NCBI GenBank assembly: GCA_053919585.1
Contig: CM132802.1
Direction: 5' to 3' (one strand)
Source of the DNA: Euprymna scolopes
Lineage: Eukaryota
DNA length: 64,000 nt
Shown: piece by piece, positions 39,083 through 53,304 of the stretch
Layout: the number at the start of each line of letters is the position of its first letter
Numbering within the stretch: the stretch's first letter is position 1
Notes under the pieces: generated by a model
Databases searched by the model: none
What the model was told of the DNA's origin: nothing
The model's input: only the letters and a program-made list of their open reading frames with translations
Program-made: the position numbers and the translations under genes

Positions 39083-39506
39083 GAGACGTCGCAAGCCTGT
39101 CTTTGTTCTATCACTATTTTCATGGCAAGTGCTCGACTGAACTCTGATCTATGGTCCCCCTCTCCCTTGCCAAACTTTCACAAAAATACTCGTCTAGCTA
39201 GAACCACTTTTTATCATTTTTTCCCCCACTCTCTATCTGTACCAAAATCTAAATGAAGATTCTTTCCCAGAACTGCCCACCTTTGGAACACTGTTCCGTT
39301 GTCTTGCTTCCTAGTCGAATACAACATGGTAACCTTCAAATCCAATGTAAACAAGTTTTATTGAGCCGTCCCCATAAATAATCAAATTCTATCCAATCCA
39401 CACTGTTAACGATTACTACACTACCACCTTACATTAATTAATCCTTATCCTCGAATGGCTTTCGGGCCTTGATTAATAGTGACTCTCTAGTAAAAAAAAA
39501 AAAAAA
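39083..39506 (+). mobile_element. CR1/L2-group LINE 3' fragment
   Basis: RDVASLSLFYHYFHGKCS remnant; poly(A). Confidence 0.85.
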
Positions 39507-39714
39507 GGAAGTCTTGCTAAACTGTTGTTCAATGACTACTGAGTCAAATTTAATGCAAATCTAAAATATTTGAATTTTTAAGTGGGAGGTTGTGCCCATA
39601 TTATACCTCCCTAAAACCACTTTAAAATACTTCAAGAAACTGAAAATTAGGGAATATTTATTAATTGATATCTAATGCTTATTCTTGAAGTTTCACACAA
39701 ATTGGAGCCATTTG

Positions 39715-39978
39715 AATTTTCACCAAGAGCTTCCACCTCCTTTTTTTTTTATTCCAAAACAAGATTAAACTAAATATAGCCGACATTTGGACACGTTATG
39801 CTTAGCAGCTGTATACGAAAATTCATAATGATCGGTTTAGAAGCGAATGCTGTAAAATATAGATTTGTAGGAAAACTTCTACTCTAGACAGCTTCTTTCT
39901 TAAGATCGCTTACCTTTGAAATTCCTTTCCTGCTCCCGATTTTGCTGACTGTAGCAATATGCAGAAATGTAAACGTAA
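39715..39978. repeat. Interspersed repeat also present at 43575-43838
   Basis: ~260-bp direct homology. Confidence 0.75.
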
Positions 39979-40225
39979 TGTGAAAAAACATCTTGCTGGT
40001 CAAATCCCTAGTTAAGATGCTTCCTATAAATCTGCCCCTAAACACAATAACCTCTGACGTCCCATTATAATTTCTTTATCCAAAAGAGCCTCCTACATGA
40101 CCACCTGTATACCCTATGATCCTTTCCAATTGTTTTAACTTAACTATCTAAAAATACCTGCTCTCTAACATCACATGACCTTGTTTGACCAATCACAGAC
40201 TTCTTCACTGTCTAATTGTAGAAAC

Positions 40226-40666
40226 TAGTGATGGAACGATGATAATATTTTTCCTGATTCCGATACAATTGCCGATTCTGATATAATTACGATTCTGATT
40301 CTGATATTTTATAAATCTCTAAATGTTTTACCATAAAATTGTTATTTTTTCACGATTACTGTTAAAAATCGTGTTAAATGTGCATATATTTTCTCAAACA
40401 TAAAAACTCACTTCCGGGGTCGATCTCTAGATTGTAGCCTTACTGGTAGTTCAAAATCAATAAGCATTTATTATTAATTTTATTATTATTACAACCATTA
40501 GTGAAAGATTTTGTTTAAAACAAAATCGATTAAAAGAAGTTAATAAAGGGATCGTTTTTGACATCGAAAAATAGGCCCACTTTTTTCCAATTCCAATACC
40601 ACAAAACGTCTCGATTTTTCTAATTCCCAATTTCGATTTCGGATTCCGATTAATTGTCTCACACTA
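40226..40666. mobile_element. hAT-type MITE
   Basis: TAGTG...CACTA termini; perfect 8-bp TSD GTAGAAAC; subterminal CGAT(T/A)C repeats; second copy at 49730-50145. Confidence 0.85.
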
Positions 40667-41442
40667 GTAGAAACCCGTAAATAACAAGAGAAAAAGTGTG
40701 TGCGTGTGTGAATGGAGAATATTTCATGAATTTATTTACTTATTTTACTTCCATATTGTATCTCAATAAAATACTAAAAAAAAAAAAATTTTTAAAGTGT
40801 TAAAATATTTTTGACTTTGATAAGGATATGATCGTTTTTATAACACCAACTTGTTATAATAATCAACCAATCGGAAGCTTCAAAAGTTATTATAAAAAAT
40901 GTCGAATTTTAGATTCAATCAGTTCGCCTTCGGCCTCGGTCTCAAAATGACTCAAAATCGGGACTGCATTGATTCTTCACAACCATCTTTGTTACTAGGA
41001 ATTACTTAATACCGGGACTGCATTGATTTACTACTGCGATCTTTGTTCAACATAATATCTCAACACTTAAGAAAAAGATATAAACACGGATTTGAAGAGT
41101 AAACTAATTAAATTCACACGACTGAACTTTCCCAATCAGAACAATATATTAGAACAACTAGCTTAAAATACTGTTTAGAAAGCAAACTATCTTAAAATAT
41201 TTGACAAAACTGTTTTATATTTAATGATTTAAGCAACCAGTCGGACGTTTCAATGCAATAGCTGATCTAAGAATTAAACCATGTAAATTCTACCTAATAA
41301 CATTTTGCATTTAGCAAATCACATCTAACCTCAAAAGCACATTACTGCTAATTAATATGAAACTAATTACTTAACTACTGCTACTAACACCATATTCACA
41401 TATGCACATACACATCCAGTGATCCTCATTTCAGATACACGT

Positions 41443-42425
41443 AGTCTAATATTTAACAGTGTAATAAATAGTCTAATATTTAACAGTGCAAAAAATGGTC
41501 TAATATTTAACAGTGGAAAAAAATGGTCTAATATTTAATAGTGTAGAAAATGGTCTAAAATTTTACATTGTAGAAAATGGTCTAATATTTAACAGTGTAT
41601 AAAATGCTCTAATATTTAACAGTGTAGAAAATGGTCTAATATTTAACTGTGTAGAAAAAGGTCTAATATTTAACAGTGTATGAAATGGTCTAATATTTAA
41701 CTGTGTAGAAAATGGTCTAAAATTTAACAGTGTAGAAAATGGTCTAAAATTTAACAGTGTAGAAAATGGTCTAATATTTAACTGTGTAGAAAAAGGTCTA
41801 ATATTTAACAGTGTAGAAAATAGTCTAATATTTAACAGTGTAGAAAATAGTCTAATATTTAACAGTGTAAAAAATGCTCTAATATTTAACAGTGAAAAAA
41901 ATGCTCTCATATTTAACAGTATAAAAAATGGTCCAATATTTAACTGTATAAAAAATGGTCTAATATTTAACAGTGTAGAAAATGGTCTAATATTTAACAG
42001 TGTAGAAAATGGTCTAATATTTAACAGTGGAAAAAAATGGTCTAATATTTAACAGTGTAGAAAATGGTCTAATATTTAACAGTGGAAAAATAATCTTATA
42101 TTTTAGTGTACAAAATGGTCTAATATTTAACAGTCTAGAAAATGGTCTAATATTTAACAACATAGAAAAAATCTAATATTTAACGGCATAGAAAATGGTC
42201 TAATATTTAACAGTCTAAAAATTGTCTAATATTTAACAGTATAAAAAACTGTCTAATATTTAGCAGCTTAAAAAGTGGTCTTATATTTAACAATCTAAAA
42301 AATAGTTTAATACTTAATAGTATAGAAAATGGGCTCATAGAAAATGGTCTAATATTTAGCAGTCTAAAAAATATTTTAATATTAAATAGAACAGAAAATG
42401 GTCTAATATTTAACAGCATAGAAAA
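41443..42425. repeat. 27-bp minisatellite (GTCTAATATTTAACAGTGTAGAAAATG), ~36 units
   Basis: Direct reading; explains the LLNIRPFST repeat ORFs. Confidence 0.95.
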
Positions 42426-44094
42426 AAGTAAAGCTGAGCGTGTAGATTCTCATGCAGAAACTGTGATTATTTTTTTATTTTATGATTGAAACGTGTAGTC
42501 TTGAGAAACCACAGCTTCCTGCATAAGAAGTAGTATTTATTCATTTCCCACCACAGGAGATGTGACACCAGATCAAAAGGTGGGGATTGACAAGCCAGAA
42601 CAGAAGAGAAAGTGCACTCTTGCCCACAATAAATGCCTGAGTAACCCTGTCAGCATTACACAGTCGGAATTCTTCAGGTGGTTAGCAATAAACTAACTTG
42701 ATAGAGCAAAGCCATGCGTAAACAAAATGACCCACTCTCTGTCAGACTGACTGTCGAGGACGTATTCTTGATTGGCATACTTGTTGCCCAAAGTGACAAC
42801 ACAATGATAAAACCCTCACAGGAAGTTGATGAGAAGCATCGCACGATTTAATTGTATGAAGGCTCTATGCATGAAAAGCTAGAACCATCGAGAGAAAACA
42901 TCGAAATATGCAGTTTTAGATGGATGGTTAATTCATTTTATGTCAGTTGCTTTTCGCCATTATCCTATTGTAAACAGCCATTGAATACTTCATTAATTTT
43001 ACATGTTCAGGAATGGTGATTGTAGGTTAGAATTAAAATTCAGATTAAAATTAAAATTAAAAGAAGAGTAAAAAGTTTACTTCCGACATAACACTTGCTT
43101 CTCTTATTTTGTCCTTTAGTACTCTATCAGCGATAGAGTACTAAAGTATTCTATCAGCAATGTTTCTGACACAGGGGAAATAACTGCTGCTTTCTACATC
43201 AGAATCTATCCACATAACACTTATCGTTGGCCACTTTTTGACCTTGAAATAGTATGTATTTTTTTTTGTTTTTTGTTTAGCTCTACACATCAAGTGATCT
43301 CATGCCTTGTCTGGAACGATTTCCATAAAGGAAAAATACTCCAGCAGTTCACATTAATGACTATAGACTTCATGTCGTGTATTTATACCTCTTTAAACTA
43401 TACGTTGGGTTATTCCATCTGTTCTGTTGTAATGCAACACGTTCGAATTGTTTTTGCTGGACAAGAAATGGACATGGTCAAGTCAATGCAAGTGATGCTG
43501 ATCCAATATAGCGTAGATGAAAAGGAGACTAATGTGCAGTGACAAACTTCCTTCTTGTTTGGAGTTATCTGGATTTTCACAAAGAGCTTCCACCTCCTTT
43601 TTTTAATCTCCTTTACACAAAACTAGATTAAACTAAATATAGCCCACATTTGGACACTTTATGCCTAGCAGCTGTGTACGAAAATTCATAATGATTGGTT
43701 TAGAAATGAATGCTGTAAAATATAGATATGTAGAAAAACTACTCTAGACAGCTTCTTTCCTAGGATCGCTTACCTTTGGAATTCCCTTCCTGCTCCCGAT
43801 TTCGCCGACTGTAGCAATATGCATGAATGTAAACGTAGGTATTTTTAGACTTGCCAGCAGATGTTGAGAATACACCGAAGGCAGTGGATATAGTGAACAC
43901 TGATTGCCGTATAGACGTGTGTACGAGACACAAGCATTGCAGACTGAGCATTTCCTATGAAATTATACATTGATCTGTTTTTCTTCACGTTATGAATAAA
44001 AATAAGAGGGACATTGAGAAAAAGTCTTGAAGACGAACAACTCTAATTTTTCGACTTTGTATGAGTCAAAGAAAATCAGTAAACTGATGCTTAC

Positions 44095-44164
44095 CTTGAA
44101 ATACAAAATTTGTTTCAAGCTGCCTCACATGGCAAAATCAGGTAGTGTATTCCATTTTGGACAC
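44095..44164 (-). other. Candidate 70-nt non-coding exon
   Basis: Long T tract plus TACAG acceptor and AAG/GTAAG donor on the minus strand; stop codons in all three frames. Confidence 0.4.
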
Positions 44165-44544
44165 CTGTAAAAAAAACAAAAACAAAAAACATTATAAAAG
44201 GAATCATCAGTTAAAAGTACAGATTATTTCGTATCATAGATTGGTTTGCAGATTAATTTATTTTGTTGACATATTTTCTAAACAAATAGTCAGTATTCGA
44301 ATAGTCTGAACAATCCACATAATAAAAAAAATATATATCAATTCTCATTCCAAAAATATATAAACATCATACCAAAAAACGGAACGGACGCGGATTTATC
44401 AGAAAAAAAAACAAAAAAATTTGGTGCTATTTGCATTTTGAATTTTTAACAGCTATGTTCGTTGGGGAAAGAAAAGAAATGAAAAGAAAACAAAAAACAT
44501 TTTTCACCATTCACCAATAACATCGAGTGTGAACGCGCCTGTTA

Positions 44545-45055
44545 CATCAAGCAAAACGTTGCAAGAAAACAACCAAGATGAGAAGAATAGTCCGAAGAAT
44601 CCAAATAAAACAAAAAAATAGTCAGAATTTTTTGAGATGAGGATTGATAATTCGTATTATTGGGGTTATTCAAACTACTGTTCTCATTTTAAGTGTCATT
44701 CTCACAATGTATAAGCCAATGTAACTTCCAACTTTCTTCAGGTGTATCTTATCCAACAGGGAAATCATTATGTTAAACTCGAGAATCTGCACGGAATTCC
44801 AAATGGAATCCTTTATTCAATTCACAAGGATAGCATGCTCCCATTTTGTCAGCCATGACTGGGTAGCAGTCGTAAGTAATTCACAATTGTATTCTGAGTT
44901 TTGCCCGCACTGAAGATTGAACTTTCAACCTCCAGAAAACTGTGACATGACACATGGCATAACGGATAAAATACTTGGTAAAATTCAGTTGTCGGTGACA
45001 TTTTTCTGGAGGCTGAAGAGTCAATCTTCAGTGCAGGCGATACTCAGAATATAAT
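44545..45055. mobile_element. Penelope-like repeat with inverted segments at both ends
   Basis: 44545-44605 is inverted relative to 44655-44725; 44887-44947 is inverted relative to ~44996-45056. Confidence 0.55.
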
Positions 45056-45480
45056 TGGAGATATATATTGTGAGAGGTCATGTTTGTGATGTTCTCGATG
45101 TATGACCAAATGAAGTAATCCAGCGGTCTCAGGTTGGAGGAGGGTCAGTGAGAGAAGAGTACAAAGTCGTAGCACTCCCTCTGAAACTAAGCATGGGTCT
45201 CTTTGGACTTGTGGGCTGGTGCCAAATCCTTCTGCTACACAGGGTCTGTCAGTGACGATCTGATTGCACCAGGAGATCACCACACTCTTCAGCACATCCA
45301 GGTACACTTTGATGTTGATTTTCAGGCTAATTTCGATGATGTGAGGTGGCATGATGTGGCCCTAAGTTGAAACCACACCAAAGACCATAACTGTGGCCAG
45401 AAACTTTATTGAGCTGTGCCCTCAAGTGTTGAACCGTCCTGATTTGCATTTTGAGGGTGCTGGCAATGCCCCTGCTGTCA
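45056..45480 (-). mobile_element. Decayed Tc1/mariner-superfamily transposase fragment
   Basis: MPPHI...INIKVYLDVLKSVVISW followed by frameshifted D-APAH and PLDY-like motifs. Confidence 0.65.
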
Positions 45481-46290
45481 TAACTTGGAGTAATAGAAAA
45501 CAGCAGTACATCTCCAATCTCATTCATTGAACATTGTGTCACTTTTAGACATGATAGAAGGCTCCTATCGCTCTTGGGATTTGTACACAACTGGTCAACT
45601 AGTAGATCATCCTCAACAACAAAAAACAAAAAACAAAAAACAAAAAAAGAAAACCGATTTTCATCAAACAGAAATGGAATCATGTCAGCTTTTATCGTTC
45701 TACCGTGTATATGGAAGTAGAAACTAGATTTTTACCAAAAGAATTGAGAAGAAAATTGATTGTGTATAATAGGATTTAAGAATTGCTCTTAACATCTCCT
45801 AGAGGCAGCAACTCTATGGACACTTTCCTCTGATCTCAGCTTTTATCAGATTCTATTAGATTTGCTGGTCAGTGCTGGATGGTTAAGGATGAAATCGTCA
45901 ACAGTGTACTTTTGAAGATACAAAAACAAGGATGTATTTCAGTGTGAGACTGCACAATATCCACATCAATAAACTACTAGAAGACTCACAATGCTCCTAT
46001 GAAAACTTACCTGGTTGATAGAGGATATAGGAAGATGGCCTGTGACACTATCATGACAAGATGATAATGATGATGAGAAGGACGCTGATGGCGATGAATA
46101 TAAAAATTAAGCATTCTCATCACATGTGCTTCAAGTTTGCATCCCCCTATAGATACTACTTCCAACTGAGTTCTACGAGTGCTCCCTCCTCCCACACACA
46201 GTATCTAAGTGCTATAAATTCTGCTGGCAATCCTGTTAGTAGCACATCGTTCTATAATAAATGACAATGCGATATGGAATTATATTACAT

Positions 46291-46446
46291 NNNNNNNNNN
46301 NNNNNNNNNNNNNNNNNNNNNNNNNNNNNNNNNNNNNNNNNNNNNNNNNNNNNNNNNNNNNNNNNNNNNNNNNNNNNNNNNNNNNNNNNNNNNNNNNNNN
46401 NNNNNNNNNNNNNNNNNNNNNNNNNNNNNNNNNNNNNNNNNNNNNN
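46291..46446. other. Assembly gap
   Basis: N run. Confidence 1.
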
Positions 46447-46749
46447 CAATACACTTAAACATCCGACTATATGATTTCTTTTTTTACCCCCAGAGGTAAA
46501 TTTAATCCTGGTTGAGAACCTCTAAGTAGAACAACACAAATGTTCTTTAGTGTAGTTAGACAAGGTGAAGACTTGGGCGTCTAATCGATTACCGTGTCAG
46601 CGCAAAGTTACTGCATTGAACTAAATAAACACTTATTTCTATTTATTAATTTGTTCTATACAAAGAGATTCTGAGTACCTCTAATGGCGACCAGCAATCT
46701 CACATACCAGCACTCAACCCAGAAATCTGAGACATAATATATTTTAATA

Positions 46750-46890
46750 AATATTAATAATTTTTATACCTACAGGTACTCGTGTTTCATGCTTACGTAA
46801 TCATCAGTGTAGGAAGTGATAATTATCACTGGTCGAGAGATTCGAACCTTGAATTGCAGGCTAGCGGTTTTCCTCTCAGCCACCAGCAAT
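46750..46890 (-). mobile_element. tRNA-headed SINE with decayed hammerhead (family of 18945-19100)
   Basis: Minus strand: TGGCTGAGAGG, GGTTCGAATCT, CCTACA-CTGATGA...GAAACACGAGTACC-TGTAGG. Confidence 0.7.
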
Positions 46891-48482
46891 TGACATTTAA
46901 ATGGAAAGGAATTATGAAACCATGTCGACAGGCTGTTATAATCAACAATCTTTATCCATAGAATTAGAGGCATATGTCTTTAATTCTATGGATAAAGATA
47001 TCTGTATACATATATGTTTATGTATATTAAAAATAGAAATATATATACTGTGTGGATCTATATGTATATCATTATGTATATATGTACTCATATTTTTTTT
47101 AAATATTTTGTCGGGAATTGAATGATAATCAACAAATGTTTCACACACTCCCATATTTTTATTGTCATCCAAATCAATGAAATCGACCATTTTTCAATCA
47201 AATTGATTGATTGCCTGCTCTAGTTAGGGATCCATCATGGTGCACCAGGAAGAAGCTTCACATGTCTCCCTGCAGTGACTTAGGCCACAATACATTGTTA
47301 TCTACATTGCACTGTAGAGAACCTAGTGTTGCTTTTTATGAAATTATTTTTTATATATAATCGGTTGAATTTAAGTTTAAAATGCAAAAGTCAAATATTA
47401 TGATTCAATTGTGCTCTAAACAGAAACATTCATTTCGAACATGCCCCTGTCATATCAAAGAACCTAATCTTAATTTTATATGACGGGCGTTTCTGCTTGT
47501 GTGGTAATCAAACTTCTCAAATGCACTTGTGATGTTAGGCTGTGTAAGGTGTTAACTTTAGTCAAAATCGCCAGTTCTATTTTTTTATCGTTTTTTTTTC
47601 AATTATCGATACTTATCGAAGACATTCCAGTGCAAAACCTATCTAAGAATACTACCAAATGCATAAAGTTTATTCTATATACTAGTAGAGATCGAGATTA
47701 TGTTTACTCATATTGTCTCAATATTCTTTCTGACATTGTCTTCTGATTACTTGTGCTTCCACAAACTTATTTTGATGTCAGAAAACAAAAGAAAAATGTA
47801 CTCGTATATTTATTTCCCTCGCAACATCATGTCACTCTGCAAATGTTGCATATGACAAGAATTTCTAGAACAGACAAAAAAAAACAAACAAAAAAAAAAA
47901 AAACAACAACAGCAACAACAAAACGTTTAATCATAGTGTAAAGAAAATCTTTAAGGCTGTTAATATTCTAAAGAAATTGATGTAGCAACAATGCTCTCTT
48001 TGGAATAAACCCAAGTCAACAAAGCAAAAAAAAAAGCAAAAATATTAAAAGTGAAACATGGAAACGTTGATAAGAAAAGAAAAAAACAGAATCACAAACA
48101 AGCACGGGACTTTTGAAGGCTTAGGAATGACAACAAGAATAAAAAAAAAAAACATCGTTGGATAATGAATGCACAAGTTGGGAAAATTAGATGAAGGAGA
48201 AGTAACAACAAAGAGCTTAAAGCACTGAATCTGATAAATAAATCGAGAAAGAACGGAAACATGAAATATCTTTGACATCGTCAATATTGGAGCAGTGAAG
48301 TTATTCTCGAGATGAGAATGCTAAAACTTTAAGGAGATTTGCTCTCGATTGATTTCCAATTAAGCCAATAAAATAAAATCGCCTCATGGAAGAAGGTGCT
48401 GAATGGTGGAAATTGATAAAAAGGATACTAACTATCAGCAGCACCCTCAAAACTAATATATATTTATATATATTTAGATATA

Positions 48483-48719
48483 CAGGGTGTTCCAAAAGTC
48501 TTGGGCACAAAAAAAACAAACAAAAAAAAAAAAACAGCCTTTTTTTCTGGTTGAGTGAATGCTATTACTGGATCTAAAAACAAATGAAAAAATCAATAGC
48601 CTTATACAAAAACTTCACGCATTTAGCTTTAAAATGGCGACACTTTCATCTTACTACTATTCTTATAGTTATGCAGATATGAGGCCTTTAAATGCGCTCA
48701 AGGCTTTTGGAATATCCTG
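48483..48719. mobile_element. Tc1-type MITE
   Basis: TA^CAGGGTGTTCCAAAAGTC / GGCTTTTGGAATATCCTG. Confidence 0.65.
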
Positions 48720-48720
48720 C

Positions 48721-48791
<71 letters not shown>

Positions 48792-48792
<1 letters not shown>

Positions 48793-49664
48793 TAGCATGG
48801 GTGCCCGGCGTTGCCCGGATACTTTGAGGTGTGTGTTGAGCAAAAAAAAAAAAAAAAAAGTGGTAGTAGGAAGGTAGGCTCGAACCTGTACCGCGAAGGA
48901 GAAAAAAAAAAACGGGGGAAAAACATGAAGTCTTTGCTGTTACGACCACCGCCAAACCGGAAGTGACGTAAGTTTTAATTAAGGCTAAACAATCGAAAAG
49001 AGAGGATGACTTTCGAAAATATCGGTGAAAAAAGCGACCATTTCCAGTAGAAAAGTGCTCAGTTGAGGGGGAAGAAATTAATGTTTTTAGCCAATTTTTT
49101 TGTATTTGTCATCTGAAGGGTCGAGCTTCAAAACAATACTGATCTCGCTAAAATCCATCGCCTCTGTCGAAAGTTTTAGGCAGACATGCAAACATACATA
49201 CATACATTTATATATTGGTAGCTCAAATTTTCGACTCAAACAGATTAAAATGCTTGTCCTATCTCTGAATACCCTTTATGTAAAATTTCAAATGTTTAGA
49301 CAAGAAATTGTCTGAGTAATTTGGTAGAGACCGCAGAGGTCAAATTTATTTTAACTTTGACCCCTATTATGACCCCTTAACATTTATTGTTTTGGGCTCA
49401 AATCAAGTTATTAAGTTAGATCCATGTCCAAAGAATCTATATCTAAAATTTCAATTGTTTATACCCAAAATTGTGGGAGGAGTTTAGTAGAGTTCTCAAA
49501 GGTTAAATCGTTGAACTTTGACCCCTTAACATCCAAATTTCTGTCCGAAAACGGATTGCAAAGACTTTTCCAAATCTCCATAACCAGTGTATCAAATTTC
49601 AAGTCTGTAGACTGAAAATTGACAGAGTTATTGTGTAGGAAAATGTACACAGACAGACACTTTC

Positions 49665-49670
<6 letters not shown>
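48792..49670 (-). mobile_element. Mosaic Helitron (family B 3' half joined to the 5' half of the 22090 family)
   Basis: Homology switches at ~49215. Confidence 0.65.
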
Positions 49671-49729
<59 letters not shown>

Positions 49730-50145
49730 TAGTGATGAGACGATTCCAGTATTTTTACCGATTCCGTACTAAATTCCCGATTTCGATTCTTTATAAATCT
49801 CTTAATATTTAATTATAAAAGTGTGATTTTGTCCTGATTACCGTAAAAAATACATCTTAAATGTGCTTACATTTTCTCAAACGTAAAAACACATTTGTGA
49901 CGGGGTGGTCTAGAGATTTTAGTCTTACTGGACGTTTAAATCAATAAATATTTATTATTTTATTATTACTAAAAGCAGTGGAAGATGTTTCTTTAACCAA
50001 ATTCAAATAAAAAAGATAATTTAAAGAATCGGTTTTGGCATCGGAAAATAGGCTCAAATTTTTCCGATACCGATTGCGATACCCTAAAAAAGACTTTGAT
50101 TTTTCCGATTCTTGATTCCGATTCTGATTAATCGTCTCAACACTA
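49730..50145. mobile_element. hAT-type MITE (copy 2)
   Basis: TAGTG...CACTA; flanks ATATATAC/ATATATCC. Confidence 0.8.
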
Positions 50146-50154
50146 ATATATCCA

Positions 50155-50484
50155 TTTCCTCTAAACCTCAGGCCTTGATGGAGGAGAGACTAATACTTGC
50201 TTTCAAATGATCTGAAATAACAGCAAAGGCGAGACTTGATTCCAAATATTTCTCATATGTTATATCTCCCCTCTTTTGGAAATACAGTACGATTATGAAT
50301 ATCTTCAGCATCAAATAATCTTTATACACTGTGAAATTTACTTTATGTATGAAAATTAAAGAGGAGAGATATAACATGAGAAATATTTGGAATCAAGTCT
50401 CCTCTTGCTGTTATTTCAAATCATTTGAAACCATAGCAGCAGGTTTCAGTCTCCCCTCCATCAAGGCCAGAGGTTTTGGGGAAA
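50155..50484. mobile_element. Foldback/palindromic MITE with ~120-bp inverted arms
   Basis: GGCCTTGATGGAGG...GAGACTTGATTCCAAATATTTCTCAT mirrored by ATGAGAAATATTTGGAATCAAGTCTC...CCTCCATCAAGGCC. Confidence 0.8.
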
Positions 50485-51844
50485 AATAAGATATTTTGTA
50501 ATTCATATGTAAAACTAGGAAAATAAATGACTATGATTGAAACATTTTATGGCTGTAAAAACGTGGTAAAATAGGCTTTGGATGATAGATGATCCCCTTA
50601 ATGTGCGACCTTAAGGGCAAATGTCACATAGCCAACTACACAAGTCAGGTCATTACCTTTCCAATGGGCTTTTATTTGTTAAATTCTGATGAATAGTCGT
50701 TGAGATTTGGAACTTATAAAATTGGCCCCCCCACCAAAAAACAAAAACAAAAACGTGGTATATATATTACTATATTACTTTATAAGTAAAAAAAAAATGA
50801 TATTTTGGTAATAGATCTAAGCTTTGAACTCTGCCTTCCCCATTGCAGATTGTGGATGAAAAAAATGTTTACTATAGTTAAAAATGCCATTAATTATTTT
50901 GAAGGTTTCAAATAAAATCAACTCTCATTCTTCTCTCTAGTAAAGTAATTAATCCTAATTTGTCTATTCTATTTCTGTAACTATAATCTTTTACTATTTT
51001 TTTTTGTTTAAATATCCTGTCACTCTTCTTGTATGCTGTTCAATCTTAATATTAAATTCTAATCTGGGAGCAATACTCTATATGAAGTTTAATTAAGGAT
51101 TTATATATCTTTAGAATAACGTTTGCACCTCCTTGGTTTCTACTTCTAACTACCTATCAAATGATTCCATTTGTCACTACAATACATGCCAGTATGTAAA
51201 GCGGACGATGATGATGATGATGATGATGATGATGACGACGACAGCGAAACGATAGAGAAATATGAGGTGCAAGTCTATAAATGGTCCACTAGTAATCTTT
51301 TTTACTATAAAAATCTGAAAAAAATCTTTATAATGTACGTACTTGTCACTGCATGAAAATGTCATATTCCAAAAATCACGTAAATCGATCAAGTATTTTT
51401 TTTTATTTAAGAAAATCAAATATTAGGAGAAATTTTATCAAAGAAAAACTTCCCACCATCTTGTTTTTGAATGATACACTGCTAGCGATACCTGTTGGGA
51501 ATATAAGATCGGTAAGGGGGCAGACAATCGACTTTTCACACTATAGAAAAAAAACTTGGAAAATTAAGACATTTATAAGTTTTTGAGGATGTTGAAAACG
51601 AAAATAACGTTTAAAATTCCAGCAAACGAGTAGTTTCCAAGATATGAAGAATTTTACGTAAATTGAGCACCTACACGTTGACGCTCCTCCAACAAAAATT
51701 TGGCAAATGTGTATTTCAGCGGCGTAAATTCAAGTTTTACACTAGTGGTGGCCATAAAGTGAGTGATCATTATACGTTAAATTATTATAGAAAAGTGATC
51801 CCCCACTTTCTTTAAACTAACATTTCTATTTAATTAAACTGTTT

Positions 51845-52500
51845 TCTTACTGGGAATATCACAACTTATCAAGGCCCGGAGTCCACTCAAGGATTAAATG
51901 TAAAGTTTTAGGTAGATGGTGAGATAAGTTAAGACACGGTGAAACTTTGATAGGGTTAGATTATCTAAATGAACGAAGGAATTTATTACCATTAGATTTG
52001 AAGACGACCGTGTTATAGTCAGCAGGGAAGCAGACAAACGGTATTGCACTCTACAGACGGACAGCTCTAGGAAAGAAACCCTGCACATGGAATTTTCGTT
52101 TAGTTTTGGGCACAGATTCCAATTTCACCTTTCAGCACCCGCCCTATCTTTCAGTATGTTTGTTAGTATTATATTATTATTATTTTTTTCTTTTTGACTA
52201 ATGGGTCATTGCTTATCAAGGGGCTAATCGACAATAAGTTTTAAAGAGATTGTCAAATGAATGATGACTGCTGCTATGAAAGGATTGAAAACAATGAGTG
52301 AAATAGACAGAAGATTACTTAAAAGCAACTGATTAGCCAATAGACGAGATGGCAAGTATTTGTTTATATTAAACTTGAAAACGAACAAGTTGCAGTCAGT
52401 TAGGAAGCAGTCTTGTAGTATTTTGTTTCACAGATGAAATCTTCTGGGAAAGAAACTTTTGTTCTTGGAAGTTGTATTTGGTTTTACTACAGAGTATCTG
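51845..52500 (-). mobile_element. Two old CR1/L2-group LINE 3' fragments
   Basis: CTTATCAAGG 3'-UTR motif at ~51864 and ~52212, plus reverse-complement ORF2 tail. Confidence 0.6.
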
Positions 52501-53246
52501 TGGCTCTTAGCTTCTTATAAATATAATAAAAAATGCAAGCAAGATATATAAAATTTTTTTTGGTATTTTTGCAGAATATGGACCGTGCTAAAATAATAAT
52601 GCTATTATTTAGAAACCCATTATTAAAATGAAAAAGGTGAGGGCTTTTTTTTATAACCTATTCTGTACTTTCACCTACCAATTTAAGAAGAAAAAAAATA
52701 CTGGAAAACTTGAATTTAATATAGCACAGTTCGTATTCTGTATAAGTACCAAAGTTTCATATTATTAAATAAAAAACAAAAAAAGTGAAAGATTCCTTGC
52801 CAATGCCGGGCAGATACAGCTCATTATTATATATATATATAGAGAGAGAAACACTTGATATTTAAAGCCAAACACAGATTCATAAAAATAAATATAAACA
52901 CTCACATGCTGGTCATACATCTCTATTTATATAGACACTCTCTGACAACAACACACCTGCGCACATATCCATCTCCAGTGAAGTACAATTTCTGAGATAA
53001 TCCGATTATATTTATTCAGATTAAAAGAGATTATTGGATTACCAATATGGCTGGCTTGTCTTCATAGAATTAGCACATTATCTCCTTGTTTCAAAGCATT
53101 ATGGGTAATAATATCACCTGCAGCCACGCCCCCTTCCCAGATTCCCTTAATAACAACAATCGGTCCCATCTCCCTTTTTGCTTAGGGAACTATTAGTTGG
53201 TAAGTTGATTTGTTAGTCAGACCGAGGAAAGTGCTTAGTAAGCAAT

Positions 53247-53303
<57 letters not shown>

Positions 53304-53304
<1 letters not shown>

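Noticed and set aside
41443-42425. Possible CRISPR array or repeat protein (LLNIRPFST)n
   Set aside because: Head-to-tail 27-bp units without unique spacers in eukaryotic DNA; the ORFs are a by-product of the minisatellite.
46236-46474. ORFs spanning N runs (also 56247-56765)
   Set aside because: Artefacts of assembly gaps.
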